Assembly: GCA_035315885.1 (NCBI GenBank)
Contig: DATFXM010000194.1
Span: 172,825-236,824 of the forward strand
Direction: 5' to 3'
Source of the DNA: Blastocatellia bacterium
Lineage (GTDB): Bacteria; Acidobacteriota; Blastocatellia; UBA7656
Length of the DNA: 64,000 nt
A program made the translations under genes and the position numbers. Every line of letters starts with the position of its first letter. The stretch's first letter is position 1. Positions 28,141 through 37,400 of the stretch are shown here, in pieces. The notes beneath the pieces are model-generated. The model had not been told where the DNA came from, did not search any database, and worked only from the letters and a program-made list of their open reading frames with translations.

Positions 28141-30111
28141 CTATACCGGCCGCTTGAATCCTCGCTCTATGTCTCGCAAACCCACTCGCATAATTATCGG
28201 CCTGCCGTGTGGGCAAGTCATCGGGTTGCGAGTCTTCATCAACTCATCGATCAGCCACTGCATTTTTTCTTGCGTGAGCGGCATATTGATCTTGATCGCA
28301 GCTTTGCATGCGAGCGTTGCCGCCACTTCATCACGAACGTGCTCAGGAGTACGAGTTCGTCTTTCCTTCTCTACAGCAGTCAGCACCTCTTTCAGCAGAG
28401 ACACTGCGTCGGAGGGCGCGATGCTCGACGGCAACGCCTTTATCGCAATCGTTCTACCCGAGAGCTCGCTTACTTCAACCCCCATGGCCTCGAGGTCCGG
28501 ACGCACCGCGTGAAAAGCCTCTGCTTCGGCCGGAGTCAAATCGACCGTAGTAGGAATCAACAGAGGCTGGACTCCTGCAGATGTCGCGAGATGACGATCC
28601 CGAAACAACTCGAACAGTACGCGCTCGTGGGCAACGTGCTGGTCCACCAGCAACAACCCCTCGTCGTCTGTGGCTACGATGTAGCTGTCTCGTATCTGTC
28701 CAAGCGGTTTGATTCCGTGCCCAAGTCCCGGGAGCACTCCGTCCGAATCCGTCGCGGGTTGCCAGTCGGATCGATCTTGTGTCGCACCGCTTGCCGGCTC
28801 TTCAGTCAACTTTGACTGAGGCATTGCAGACTCAAAACGATCCGCGGCGGACTCGATCGAATGCGCGCGCTGTACCGTGTTACCGCGTTGGCCTGCGATA
28901 TCCGGCGCGGGGCCGATGAGCGACTCGCGCAGCCTAGCCAGTTCGCTTCCCGCGCGAGGCCCCGGCGGCAAAGTCGCTGCGGTCCCCGCTGTTGTGCTGG
29001 ACGCTGCCAAGTTTGAGTCGAAGTCTGTCGGTGCGAGCTGTCCGGGCGTTGTTCCAGACGCCTGGAAATCATCTCTTTCAGAGTCTCGATTCGACTTGAA
29101 TCCCGGGAGCGGCGCGATGGGTCGGGACGAAGTCAGAGCTTCGGCTACTGCATCGCGAATAAATGCGAGCACCACGCTGCCGTGAAGGAATCTGACCTCG
29201 GTCTTCGCGGGATGAACGTTCACGTCGACTTCTGAATGAGGGGTTTCGATGAAGAGTACCGCCGCCGGATACGTGCCAGACGGCATCATCGATCGGTACG
29301 CCTCGGTCAATCCCCTTCCGATCAGTTGATCGCGCACGAATCGGCCGTTTACAAACAGAAACTGTGAGTCTCTCGATGACCGCTGTTCTTGTGGATTTGA
29401 TACAAATCCCTTGACGCTCAGGCCACCGCTGCTGCGATTGACTTCGACCAGCTTTGATAGCAGCACATTGCCAAGAACTTGATAAGCTCTCTCCTTGAGG
29501 GTGCGAACCGTCTCGACCCTCACCGCGTCGCGTCCATTATTCACAAGTAGAAACGACACTGCTGGATTCGCCAACGCATAGTGTTGAACCAGGTTCGTTA
29601 TGTGAAAGCTTTCTGTCGCATCGCTTTTCAGAAATTTTCGACGAGCTGGAACATTGAAGAAGAGGTCTCGAACTTCGATTTCAGTGCCTTCGGGCCAGGC
29701 AATGTCCCGGACACCTACCAGTTTTCCTCCGCTGAATTCGACTTCGGTGCCCTCCAGGTCGCGCGCTGTCTTAGTTCGAAGGAACAGACGCGAAACGGAA
29801 GCTATGGAAGGGAGAGCTTCGCCACGAAATCCAAGAGTCGCGATTGCTTCGAGGTCGGACGCTTGTCGGAGCTTTGAAGTTGCGTGACGTTCAAAGGCCA
29901 CGATCGCGTCGTCCCTGGTCATGCCTTCGCCGTCGTCTACTACCCGAATCAGGCGCTTGCCGCCCGACTCGACTTCGATGTTGACGACGCGCGCGCCGGC
30001 GTCCAGGGCGTTCTCGAGTAATTCTTTTACGACCGATGCCGGGCGTTCGACGACTTCGCCCGCGGCGATCATGTTTGCGAGCGTATCGGGCAGGACTCTT
30101 ATTTTGGACAT
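28141..30111 (-). CDS. mutL: DNA mismatch repair protein MutL.
   Basis: MSKIRVLPDTLANMIAAGEVVERPASVVKELLENALDAGA (GHKL ATPase). C-terminal dimerisation domain. Start set at ATG 30111. The 114 nt upstream of it are repeat-like and presumably 5'UTR. Confidence 0.85.
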   Translation of the reverse strand: MSKIRVLPDTLANMIAAGEVVERPASVVKELLENALDAGARVVNIEVESGGKRLIRVVDDGEGMTRDDAIVAFERHATSKLRQASDLEAIATLGFRGEALPSIASVSRLFLRTKTARDLEGTEVEFSGGKLVGVRDIAWPEGTEIEVRDLFFNVPARRKFLKSDATESFHITNLVQHYALANPAVSFLLVNNGRDAVRVETVRTLKERAYQVLGNVLLSKLVEVNRSSGGLSVKGFVSNPQEQRSSRDSQFLFVNGRFVRDQLIGRGLTEAYRSMMPSGTYPAAVLFIETPHSEVDVNVHPAKTEVRFLHGSVVLAFIRDAVAEALTSSRPIAPLPGFKSNRDSERDDFQASGTTPGQLAPTDFDSNLAASSTTAGTAATLPPGPRAGSELARLRESLIGPAPDIAGQRGNTVQRAHSIESAADRFESAMPQSKLTEEPASGATQDRSDWQPATDSDGVLPGLGHGIKPLGQIRDSYIVATDDEGLLLVDQHVAHERVLFELFRDRHLATSAGVQPLLIPTTVDLTPAEAEAFHAVRPDLEAMGVEVSELSGRTIAIKALPSSIAPSDAVSLLKEVLTAVEKERRTRTPEHVRDEVAATLACKAAIKINMPLTQEKMQWLIDELMKTRNPMTCPHGRPIIMRVGLRDIERGFKRPV

Positions 30112-30118
30112 CGGCGCA

Positions 30119-30277
30119 CTTATGAGTTTCTGGTCTCTCGTTTCCGGTTTCCAGTTTGGGAGAACTCGGTTTTTTTTCCGCAGGCGTTTTTCTGACCAGC
30201 GGCGTAGTGCATCACGCATTAACATTAACGCCGCGGCGACCTAACTCGAAACCCGAAACTCGAAATCCGAACCGAGT
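30119..30277. repeat. Imperfect palindromic heptamer element (gtttccg / cgaaac arms).
   Basis: Left arm gagtttctggtctctcgtttccggtttccagtttggg. Right arm ctcgaaacccgaaactcgaaatccgaac. Confidence 0.6.
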
Positions 30278-30757
30278 CTAAGTCGAAGTATGATCGTGAA
30301 TGATTTTCCAGCCCGATGCGAACTTCTTGAACGTAAGAGTAAAAAGCCCACTGGATTCCTTGCCCGAAGCCTTCAGCCGATACTTGCCGCGAACGAATGC
30401 TGCCTGTGGCCCTAACAATTCAATCTTAAGGTCCAGGAATTCAAGAATCCCCATCTCGTTCCCGGCGCTGCGATAACGCTGCTGGTAGCGCTGGATCGTC
30501 TGGTCCCACCCTGACGTTTCAACACCGCCGGAGTAAAAAGTCAATTGAGGCGAACGCCAGTAACCCTCCATAAACCCCTCGAGGTCTCCACGGTTCCACG
30601 CTTCGACCTGGCGATCCAACACTGCCCTGATCTGCTGGGCAGCGGTTGCGTGTGTGCGGGCGGACACCGAGGCAGTCACAACAGTTGATAATAAGACCAC
30701 CACCAGAATCTGAGCGCTGACCGCTACCCTTCGAGTCATGTCACTCCTCCACGACAA
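30278..30757 (-). CDS. Secreted NTF2/SnoaL-like (DUF4440-type) protein.
   Basis: Signal peptide plus the characteristic LDRQVEAWNRGDLEGFMEGYW ... F.LTF.K...GWKIIHDH motif. Confidence 0.6.
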   Translation of the reverse strand: MSWRSDMTRRVAVSAQILVVVLLSTVVTASVSARTHATAAQQIRAVLDRQVEAWNRGDLEGFMEGYWRSPQLTFYSGGVETSGWDQTIQRYQQRYRSAGNEMGILEFLDLKIELLGPQAAFVRGKYRLKASGKESSGLFTLTFKKFASGWKIIHDHTST

Positions 30758-30780
30758 GTCTGATATATTCCGCCTACCCG

Positions 30781-31692
30781 ATGATCAAGCCCTACGGTTC
30801 CGAGCTAGATGAATTGAGTTCGTGCAGCATCTGCAATTCAACAACCGCGCGCGTACTGTATACGGCGGTTGACCGGCTTAGCAACTCTGGCGAACGCTTT
30901 ACGATTGTGGAGTGCGAGGGCTGCGGCGTTCTGCGCACCGCGCCGGACATGAGTTACGCGGAACTCGCGAGATTTTATCCAGAGGACTACTGGGGCGATT
31001 CCGCTGAACCCTCGGACACTTGGATCCGACGCTCTCAGAGAGAAAAGCTGGAGTTTCTCGGGCGATGCGGACTGACAGGTGGTCGCATTCTGGACGTGGG
31101 CTGCGGAGCGGGGTTCTTTCTCCGAGCGCTGGAGTCAGACAGATGGGAACGATTTGGCGTTGAAACCGGTGATAAAGCGGCAACGATTGCACGCCGTTTC
31201 CTCGGGGATAAGATCGTGCAAGGGACATTCTCTGCCGCGCAGTTTCAACGCGAGTCCTTCGACGTAGTTAGTTTTTGGTCGGCTCTAGAACATACAAACG
31301 AGCCGCGTGAGAACCTCATCTCAGCCGCGGAACTCTTACGGCCGGGAGGGACATTGATAGTGCAGCTACCGAATGCCACCAGCTATCAGGCTCAAGCGTT
31401 CGGAGGCGACTGGTTTTCTCTCGATGCGCCGCGTCATCGCTATCACTATTCTCCGTCTGCGCTTGAGAGGCTGTTGAAAGAAACAGGTTTCTCGGTCTAT
31501 CGAACGAGTTACTTTTCGAGGGCGCACAACGCGCACGCACTACGTCAGAGCTTGAAGAAAAGGCTACTGAGTGCCGGGGCTGGCGCTCGCGTGGTGTTCT
31601 ATTTGAGCATTCCGTTCATTCGGCCGTTTGATTCATTGATGAGCGCCCTTGGCAAAGGCGCTACGATGACGGTAGGAGCGAGGAAGTTCTGA
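30781..31692 (+). CDS. Class I SAM-dependent methyltransferase.
   Basis: ILDVGCGAGFF SAM motif. LRPGGTLIVQ. N-terminal CSICNS...CEGCG zinc-ribbon-like segment. Confidence 0.7.
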   Translation: MIKPYGSELDELSSCSICNSTTARVLYTAVDRLSNSGERFTIVECEGCGVLRTAPDMSYAELARFYPEDYWGDSAEPSDTWIRRSQREKLEFLGRCGLTGGRILDVGCGAGFFLRALESDRWERFGVETGDKAATIARRFLGDKIVQGTFSAAQFQRESFDVVSFWSALEHTNEPRENLISAAELLRPGGTLIVQLPNATSYQAQAFGGDWFSLDAPRHRYHYSPSALERLLKETGFSVYRTSYFSRAHNAHALRQSLKKRLLSAGAGARVVFYLSIPFIRPFDSLMSALGKGATMTVGARKF

Positions 31693-31950
31693 GTTCTGGA
31701 TTAAGTGCTGAGTGCTGAGCGCTGAGTGCTGAGCGCTGAGCGCTGAGTATCAACCCCGAAGGGGTTGCGTCGCCCGGCCCAGGGTTGCCGTCCGCGGCTA
31801 CCCTGGGTAGGACGCCAAATATCTCGCCAACCCCGAAGGGGTTGCGTCGCCCAGCCCAGGGTTGCCGTCCGCGGCTACCCTGGGTAGGACGCCAAATATC
31901 TCGCCAACCCCGAAGGGGTTGGTACTCAGCACTCAGCACTCAGCACTTCC
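31693..31950. repeat. Large composite palindromic element. (ctgagtg/ctgagcg)n and (cactcag)n arms flank two tandem ~77-bp hairpin units.
   Basis: Left arm ctgagtgctgagcgctgagtgctgagcgctgagcgctgag. Two copies of the unit caaccccgaaggggttgcgtcgcc(c/a)gcccagggttgccgtccgcggctaccctgggtaggacgccaaatatctcgc. Right arm ggtactcagcactcagcactcagcac. Confidence 0.9.
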
Positions 31951-32962
31951 ACAACGCCATCACCTCGCGATCGGTGAGCCGTGCCGCAGCTCGTTCAGCC
32001 TTTCGACGCTCTCGCACTTCCGGCAGAAGCCTCAACGCTTTGATCACTCCTCGAACAAACCCAAACTGAAACCTCAACGGTGCCGATAATGTCAGCAGCA
32101 CAACCCAAGCAACGTGACTCGTCAGCATTCTCCAGTCGTGCAGATGAATCCAGTGGTAAAGGAGCCTGTTGCGCTGCTCGATGACTCTCACCTTACGCTG
32201 GTCCAACTTGCGAATCGTCGATGAAATTGAGTGCCGAGCCGTCGATCGGGGTTCGTATAGAACCCGATAGCCGCGCTTCCACGCCTTGTAACTCAGTTCG
32301 ACATCTTCCCAATAGAACGGGTTGAGCAGAGACTCAAAGCCGCCGACCTCCAGAAATTTCTCGCGATCGATCATAGAACTGCCGCCCCCGGCAAACATCG
32401 AGAAGTAATCCCGACCCGGCCCGGTCGACCCCGGCGGGGGCGCCCAACTGTCATGAACCCGAATGAATCCTCGAGAAAAAGATCCCCGCTTACCAATCCC
32501 GCATTCAACCCCTGTTCGCATGTCGATAACTTTACAGTGCGCCGCAAAAATTGAACGGTCGCGAAAATTCTCGACCAGCTTGCCGATCGCATCGCCGGCC
32601 ACTTCGACGTCATTGTTGAGCAACAGAATCAAGCGGTAGCTCGACGCGAGAACTCCGGTATTGCATGCCGCGCCGAAGCCTTCATTTCGATCGCGTACAA
32701 CAACCCGCAACGACGGTGACGCTGGACGCTCACCGACCTCGGCGGCCGCCCTGTTTTCCAACTCAGCAATACTGAATCCCTGTTCCTTCAGCCACCATAC
32801 GCTCTGATCAGTGCTCCCGTCGTCTACAACGATTATCTCAGTTGGGGCCGCCGTCTCTTCCCGGTATTGCTTAGCGGCCTGGAGGACTGAAGGCAGAAAC
32901 TGCTTGAGCAGGTCGATTCCGTTCCAGGTCGGAATGACAATGCTGACTGGCGCGGATGCCAT
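31940..32962 (-). CDS. Family 2 glycosyltransferase.
   Basis: VSIVIPTWNG, IIVVDDGSTD, and a DxD-like motif (YWEDVELSY). Confidence 0.75.
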   Translation of the reverse strand: MASAPVSIVIPTWNGIDLLKQFLPSVLQAAKQYREETAAPTEIIVVDDGSTDQSVWWLKEQGFSIAELENRAAAEVGERPASPSLRVVVRDRNEGFGAACNTGVLASSYRLILLLNNDVEVAGDAIGKLVENFRDRSIFAAHCKVIDMRTGVECGIGKRGSFSRGFIRVHDSWAPPPGSTGPGRDYFSMFAGGGSSMIDREKFLEVGGFESLLNPFYWEDVELSYKAWKRGYRVLYEPRSTARHSISSTIRKLDQRKVRVIEQRNRLLYHWIHLHDWRMLTSHVAWVVLLTLSAPLRFQFGFVRGVIKALRLLPEVRERRKAERAAARLTDREVMALWKC

Positions 32963-32970
32963 TCGAGGGT

Positions 32971-33987
32971 TTACCGGACTGAGGTTCTGGCGGGGTTTGC
33001 GAGCTTCTCAAGCGTTTGAACGCTCTCGTGGCTGCCAATGGCCACAAAGACATCGCATTCCTCGATTGTGGTGTCGGCGGGCGGGTTGAAGATCATGTGC
33101 CCGTTCGCACGTTTGATCGCGATCACGATCACTCCGTGTTCCGTTCGAATTCCGGTGTCCTTCAGCGCTCGACCGATGAACGGCGATCCCGGGCCGATCT
33201 CAACCTGTTCAATCTCCAGCTCGAGCCTCTCGGTCATGGTAGCCAGCTCCATGAAATCGGCTACCGCGGGCCGCAATAGCATTTGCGCCATCCGGGCCGA
33301 CCCGGTGAGTACCGGCGAAACGACTCGATTCGCGCCGGCCTTTCTAAGCCGATCGACCGCCGCTTCATCGTTGGCTCTGGCGATGATTAACAAGTCCTTG
33401 TTCAAGTCGCGCGCTGTTAGAGTTATATAGAGGTTGTCGGGGTCCGAGGCGACGGCGCACACCAGGCCTCTGGCTCGTTCCAAGCCGGCTGCCCGCAGCA
33501 CAACCTCATCCGTCGCATCGCCCATCAGAACCAGCGCCCCCTCGGTAAGCAGCTTTTCGGCGCTGACCTCATCGCTTTCGATGACAACATAGTCGTGACC
33601 GCTGTGGGCGATCTCTCTGATAACCCGAGATCCGACGCGCCCCGCGCCGCATACAATGTAGTGCCCGTGAAGTTTGCCGATGTCTCTAAACATTCGTCGC
33701 TTCCCAAACGCCGATATTACACCCGATTCGACTACCGTTTGTACAACCGACGACAAGGCGTAGCCCAATGAGCCTACACCAAGAATGATCACTGCTGAAG
33801 TGAAGTACCGCGCACCTTCGGTCATGTTGGCGGGCTCGGAATAACCGATGGTAGAAACTGTGATTAATGTGAAATAGAAGCAATCAAACCAGTCCAGATG
33901 CAGAAGCAGCTTAAAGCCGATCGTTCCAAACGCGAGCAACAGCCCGAGCAGAATCAGAGCAGTCCTAAGCTTTTTGTTTGATTGCAT
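32971..33987 (-). CDS. Two-TM potassium channel with cytoplasmic RCK (TrkA-N plus TrkA-C) domains.
   Basis: Pore region TLITVSTIGYSE, a GYG-like filter with Ser in place of the second Gly. A Rossmann motif YIVCGAGRVGSRV. A C-terminal TrkA-C domain. Confidence 0.7.
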   Translation of the reverse strand: MQSNKKLRTALILLGLLLAFGTIGFKLLLHLDWFDCFYFTLITVSTIGYSEPANMTEGARYFTSAVIILGVGSLGYALSSVVQTVVESGVISAFGKRRMFRDIGKLHGHYIVCGAGRVGSRVIREIAHSGHDYVVIESDEVSAEKLLTEGALVLMGDATDEVVLRAAGLERARGLVCAVASDPDNLYITLTARDLNKDLLIIARANDEAAVDRLRKAGANRVVSPVLTGSARMAQMLLRPAVADFMELATMTERLELEIEQVEIGPGSPFIGRALKDTGIRTEHGVIVIAIKRANGHMIFNPPADTTIEECDVFVAIGSHESVQTLEKLANPARTSVR

Positions 33988-34021
33988 AACAGCGTCGAGC
34001 GCTTATGTTAGCCGGTGAGTG

Positions 34022-34092
34022 CAGGCGAGGCAAGAAAGGCAGTAGGCAGTAGGCGGTAGGCAGTATGCAGTAGGCCGGACGCCAGGCGGAAT
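34022..34092. repeat. Tandem ggcagta-type heptamer array, mostly direct repeats.
   Basis: ggcagtaggcagtaggcggtaggcagtatgcagtaggc. Confidence 0.6.
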
Positions 34093-34166
34093 TCAATTCA
34101 CAAAAAAAGAGGGAGTCATCTAGACTCCCTTTCTTCAACCCCATCAGAATAAAAAAGCAAAATGCG

Positions 34167-35195
34167 TTACGTCAAAACCGATACTAACGTCGCACGACGT
34201 ACCGGAGTCAGCCGGTGAAGTGCCTTCTGTTTCTTTTCCAGCGTCACGGTGACTGTCTGCTCGGCTTTGTTCCGTACAATGCGGAGTGTAATCTGGCCTT
34301 CAGCTTTCTTGTTGATGGCGCGCCGCACTGAAGCCACATCGTCTACCGGTTCGTTGTCAATAGCCACGATCACATCGCCTGCCTTGAGGCCTGCCTTGGC
34401 AGCCGGCCCATTCTCGCCTACGTGTGTGACCAACACGCCCTTCCCTTCCTTGACTCCGAAGTAGGTGGCAAGCTGATCGGTCAGAGATTCAAGGGATGCA
34501 TCCAACCGCGCGCCGCTAAAAAAGAAACCGTACTCGCCGGGCCCGACGAAGTTGAAATTGCCGAAGTTGTATTTGAAGCGACCGAGATCCTCGGAGTACT
34601 TCTTCGTCAGCTCTTCGGATTGTCGAAGTTGCTCCTGCGCCTTCTTCATCGCCTCCTCAGTGCTTCTTCGCAGTTTCTCGTCCAGTTCCGGCCGCCATAC
34701 AAAATTGTTCTCGCGCTTTGTCAGAGCGGCGCTCACTGTCTGATGAGCCCGCCCTCGGACAAACTCGATCGAGACGTTGCGCCCCGCGGGAGTCTCGCTC
34801 AGAAGCCTCTGGAGTTCGCGAACGCTGTCCACTCTGCGACCGTTGAACCCGATTATGACGTCGTTCTCTTTCAGGCCCGCTTTCTCGGCGGGACTGCCCT
34901 CGACCACCTTCATCACAATCGCACCTCGCTCCTCGCTCAGCGAGAGCTCCTTGGCGCGATCTGGCGTCACTTCCTCGAGGTAGACTCCCAGATACCCACT
35001 CTCGTCGAAAGGAACTGCCAAAGTCATCAGTGGCGCAGAGTCGTCTACCAGGGTGGTAAGCTGGTCCTTCTTCGCCTTCTCCGCCGCTTTCTGGGCTTCC
35101 TTTTCCTTCTGCTTTTCTTTCTGATCGTCGCTGGCCGCCGCGACTCCCACTCCGAGCACAAGAATGAGAACGGTCACAAGATGCACAAGCTTCAT
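34167..35195 (-). CDS. Secreted protein with two PDZ domains.
   Basis: Start at MKLVHLVTVLILVLG (signal peptide; ATG 35195). PDZ1 is GAIVMKVVEGSPAEKAGLKENDVIIGFNG. PDZ2 is GVLVTHVGENGPAAKAGLKAGDVIVAIDN. Lys/Glu-rich linkers. Confidence 0.7.
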   Translation of the reverse strand: MKLVHLVTVLILVLGVGVAAASDDQKEKQKEKEAQKAAEKAKKDQLTTLVDDSAPLMTLAVPFDESGYLGVYLEEVTPDRAKELSLSEERGAIVMKVVEGSPAEKAGLKENDVIIGFNGRRVDSVRELQRLLSETPAGRNVSIEFVRGRAHQTVSAALTKRENNFVWRPELDEKLRRSTEEAMKKAQEQLRQSEELTKKYSEDLGRFKYNFGNFNFVGPGEYGFFFSGARLDASLESLTDQLATYFGVKEGKGVLVTHVGENGPAAKAGLKAGDVIVAIDNEPVDDVASVRRAINKKAEGQITLRIVRNKAEQTVTVTLEKKQKALHRLTPVRRATLVSVLT

Positions 35196-35286
35196 AGTAG
35201 TCGTTCCTCCGATTTGCGTGTCCGGTAGTCTCGAATTAACTCTGCTATGCCGAGACACGCCCCCAAAACGCAAAAGTTCCAAATAC

Positions 35287-36522
35287 TTATTCAGTTTTTT
35301 CCGCTCCGCCGCCTGCACGGGTCGCCTTGAATACCCTTCGCGCCAGCCATGGCACCCTGGATAGCACACCTACCGTGAAATTTGCCGCGGCGGGTGAGGA
35401 AACGATTCCCCTTAACCAGTTAGCTGCTGTCAGCCGGTCCGAAAACTCTCGCCGGTACAGCTCGCCATAGCAGCCAATAGCCTCTTCCGTACCAACCGAT
35501 CTGCTGACTGCTTCTGCCGCCAGCTCGCCGGTCCGCAAGGCCATCTGAATGCCAGTCCCGGTGAACGGGTCGATCATCCCTCCCGCATCGCCTATCGCGA
35601 TTACACCGTCGCCGCCGAGGCGCGTCCTTCCAAATGTGAGCGGCCCAACCGTCAGCCACGCACCCTCTACCTCGGCGGTTCTCAGGCGATCACGTGCTGT
35701 CTGATTCGCGCACATGGTCCGTTGCAAAATCGCTTTCGGATCCGAGCGCGCGTCGCGCAGCACTTTTTCGCCAAGGATGAAGCAGATGTTGACCAGACCA
35801 TCTTCGATCCGCGACAGGCCGCCGTATCCCCCTGGAAAAAAGCACAGATCGAGCTGATCGTCGAGATCGGGGACTCCTGACAGGTGGGCCTCCATCGCAT
35901 AAAGGCGATAGCCCTTGAGTCCGCCAATTCGTTCGTGCTGCCCAACAACCAGTCGCGAGTTTCTGCCTGATCCGTCAAGCACAAATGCGGATCTGAATCG
36001 AACTGCAGAACCCGATGGAAGCGAAACTGCTTCGACACCAATCGTGCGCTTGCCATCAGACAACCTTTGTTTGACGGCGGTGCCATCCATGCACGCCACG
36101 CCAATCTCTGCGGCGCGTTCAAATAGAACCTGATCGAAACGCGCGCGGCTCAAGCTGATCGCGGCCTCTTGAGTCGGCGAAATATCCGGAACCTTGGACT
36201 CGACTGTTCTGCCGCTCGCAGTTACAACCCTGACTTTTGAAATCCGCTGCGCCCCGGCGTCAATCATTGCTTCAAGCACTCCTAGTCTGCGAAGGGTCGG
36301 CAGGCATTCAGGTGTGACAAATTCGCCGCAGAGTTTCGGCCGAGGCATTCGCTTCTCTTCAAGCAATAGAACCCGCGCGCCAAGCGTTGTGAGAGTTATC
36401 GCCGCTGAACAGCCTGCGGGTCCGGCGCCGACTACGATGACATCGAATTCGTCCACGAACTGACCTTTACATGTGAGCAATGAGCAACAAGCGATAAGGG
36501 AACAGCCGCCTGATTTCAACAT
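35287..36522 (-). CDS. FAD-dependent oxidoreductase, geranylgeranyl reductase family.
   Basis: FDVIVVGAGPAGCSAAITL and GDAGGMIDPFTGTG motifs. The start is ambiguous: ATG 36522, or GTG 36457, which sits immediately before VDEFDVIVVGAG. Confidence 0.7.
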   Translation of the reverse strand: MLKSGGCSLIACCSLLTCKGQFVDEFDVIVVGAGPAGCSAAITLTTLGARVLLLEEKRMPRPKLCGEFVTPECLPTLRRLGVLEAMIDAGAQRISKVRVVTASGRTVESKVPDISPTQEAAISLSRARFDQVLFERAAEIGVACMDGTAVKQRLSDGKRTIGVEAVSLPSGSAVRFRSAFVLDGSGRNSRLVVGQHERIGGLKGYRLYAMEAHLSGVPDLDDQLDLCFFPGGYGGLSRIEDGLVNICFILGEKVLRDARSDPKAILQRTMCANQTARDRLRTAEVEGAWLTVGPLTFGRTRLGGDGVIAIGDAGGMIDPFTGTGIQMALRTGELAAEAVSRSVGTEEAIGCYGELYRREFSDRLTAANWLRGIVSSPAAANFTVGVLSRVPWLARRVFKATRAGGGAEKTE

Positions 36523-37237
36523 GATCGAGGCCTGCGCTCCGCGAGAAACCGAGAAGCTCATCCCTCGTGAACCCTCGCAGCACCGAGACTGGGCCATCGT
36601 TTCGAGTCAGAAAGCTGGTGGCCAGAATTGGACCGCTCATTCTCGCGAAATAGTAGGGCACCAGATCCCGAACAAGATCGTTGACGATCACTGCTCGACG
36701 GGCAATCTTAGAGAAACTCATCAAAAGTTTAACCACATCCTCGTCCTTGAAGTGATGCAGGAACAGCGACGCGGTAACGAAGTCGAAGCTCCGCTCGGCG
36801 AACGGCAACGCAAGCGAGTCGGCTTCGACAAGCTGTACACCTCTGCGGACTCCCAGCTTCGATTTCGCGACTCGCAGGTTTCGTGCGCTGTAGTCGACTC
36901 CGACCACTTCAGCGGCGAATCCGTTCGCCTCGCTCCAGTCCAGGACCGCTCCCGGTATGTCTGCCGAACCTGTGCCAACATCCAGCAGTGAAAAAGCGTC
37001 GCCTGAGGTCACTGACTTCGCTTCACGGCGATTGTCCGGATTCGTGGCGATCTTCGATTGCTGAGTTGTCAGCAGTTCCGACAGCGCGGTCAGGATCGCG
37101 CGAGTTCCGCCAAGCCACTTGTTTACACGTCGCAGGTCTTGAAGGTTTTTCGCGACGTCATCGTCGGTTCCAACGCCTGCGTCGAGCAGTTCTTCTTCGT
37201 AGATTCGCTTTGGAGTCGGCATCAGGGCTGGAATCAT
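36467..37237 (-). CDS. Class I SAM-dependent methyltransferase.
   Basis: LLDVGTGSADI (motif I). VVGVDYS. LVEADSLALPF. The closest resemblance is to the ubiE/COQ5-type fold. Confidence 0.65.
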   Translation of the reverse strand: MIPALMPTPKRIYEEELLDAGVGTDDDVAKNLQDLRRVNKWLGGTRAILTALSELLTTQQSKIATNPDNRREAKSVTSGDAFSLLDVGTGSADIPGAVLDWSEANGFAAEVVGVDYSARNLRVAKSKLGVRRGVQLVEADSLALPFAERSFDFVTASLFLHHFKDEDVVKLLMSFSKIARRAVIVNDLVRDLVPYYFARMSGPILATSFLTRNDGPVSVLRGFTRDELLGFSRSAGLDHVEIRRLFPYRLLLIAHM

Positions 37238-37400
37238 AGCATTTCGGCTGCTTGACTTTGAACAATACCATCCCTAGAATCGCTACGTTTTTACGGTTTT
37301 TCAATCAGGTTGTATTTTATGTGTCAGTCGGTGATGCAAGCCCTCCGACTCCGCCGTTTAAATCAAGTCGCGCAATCTCCCAGGCATTCCTAGAGGCCAC

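Noticed and set aside
30112-30225. N-terminal extension of mutL (MLMRDALRRW...).
   Set aside because: The MutL ATPase N-terminus starts at MSKIRVLPDTL, and the extension is made of repeat-like sequence.
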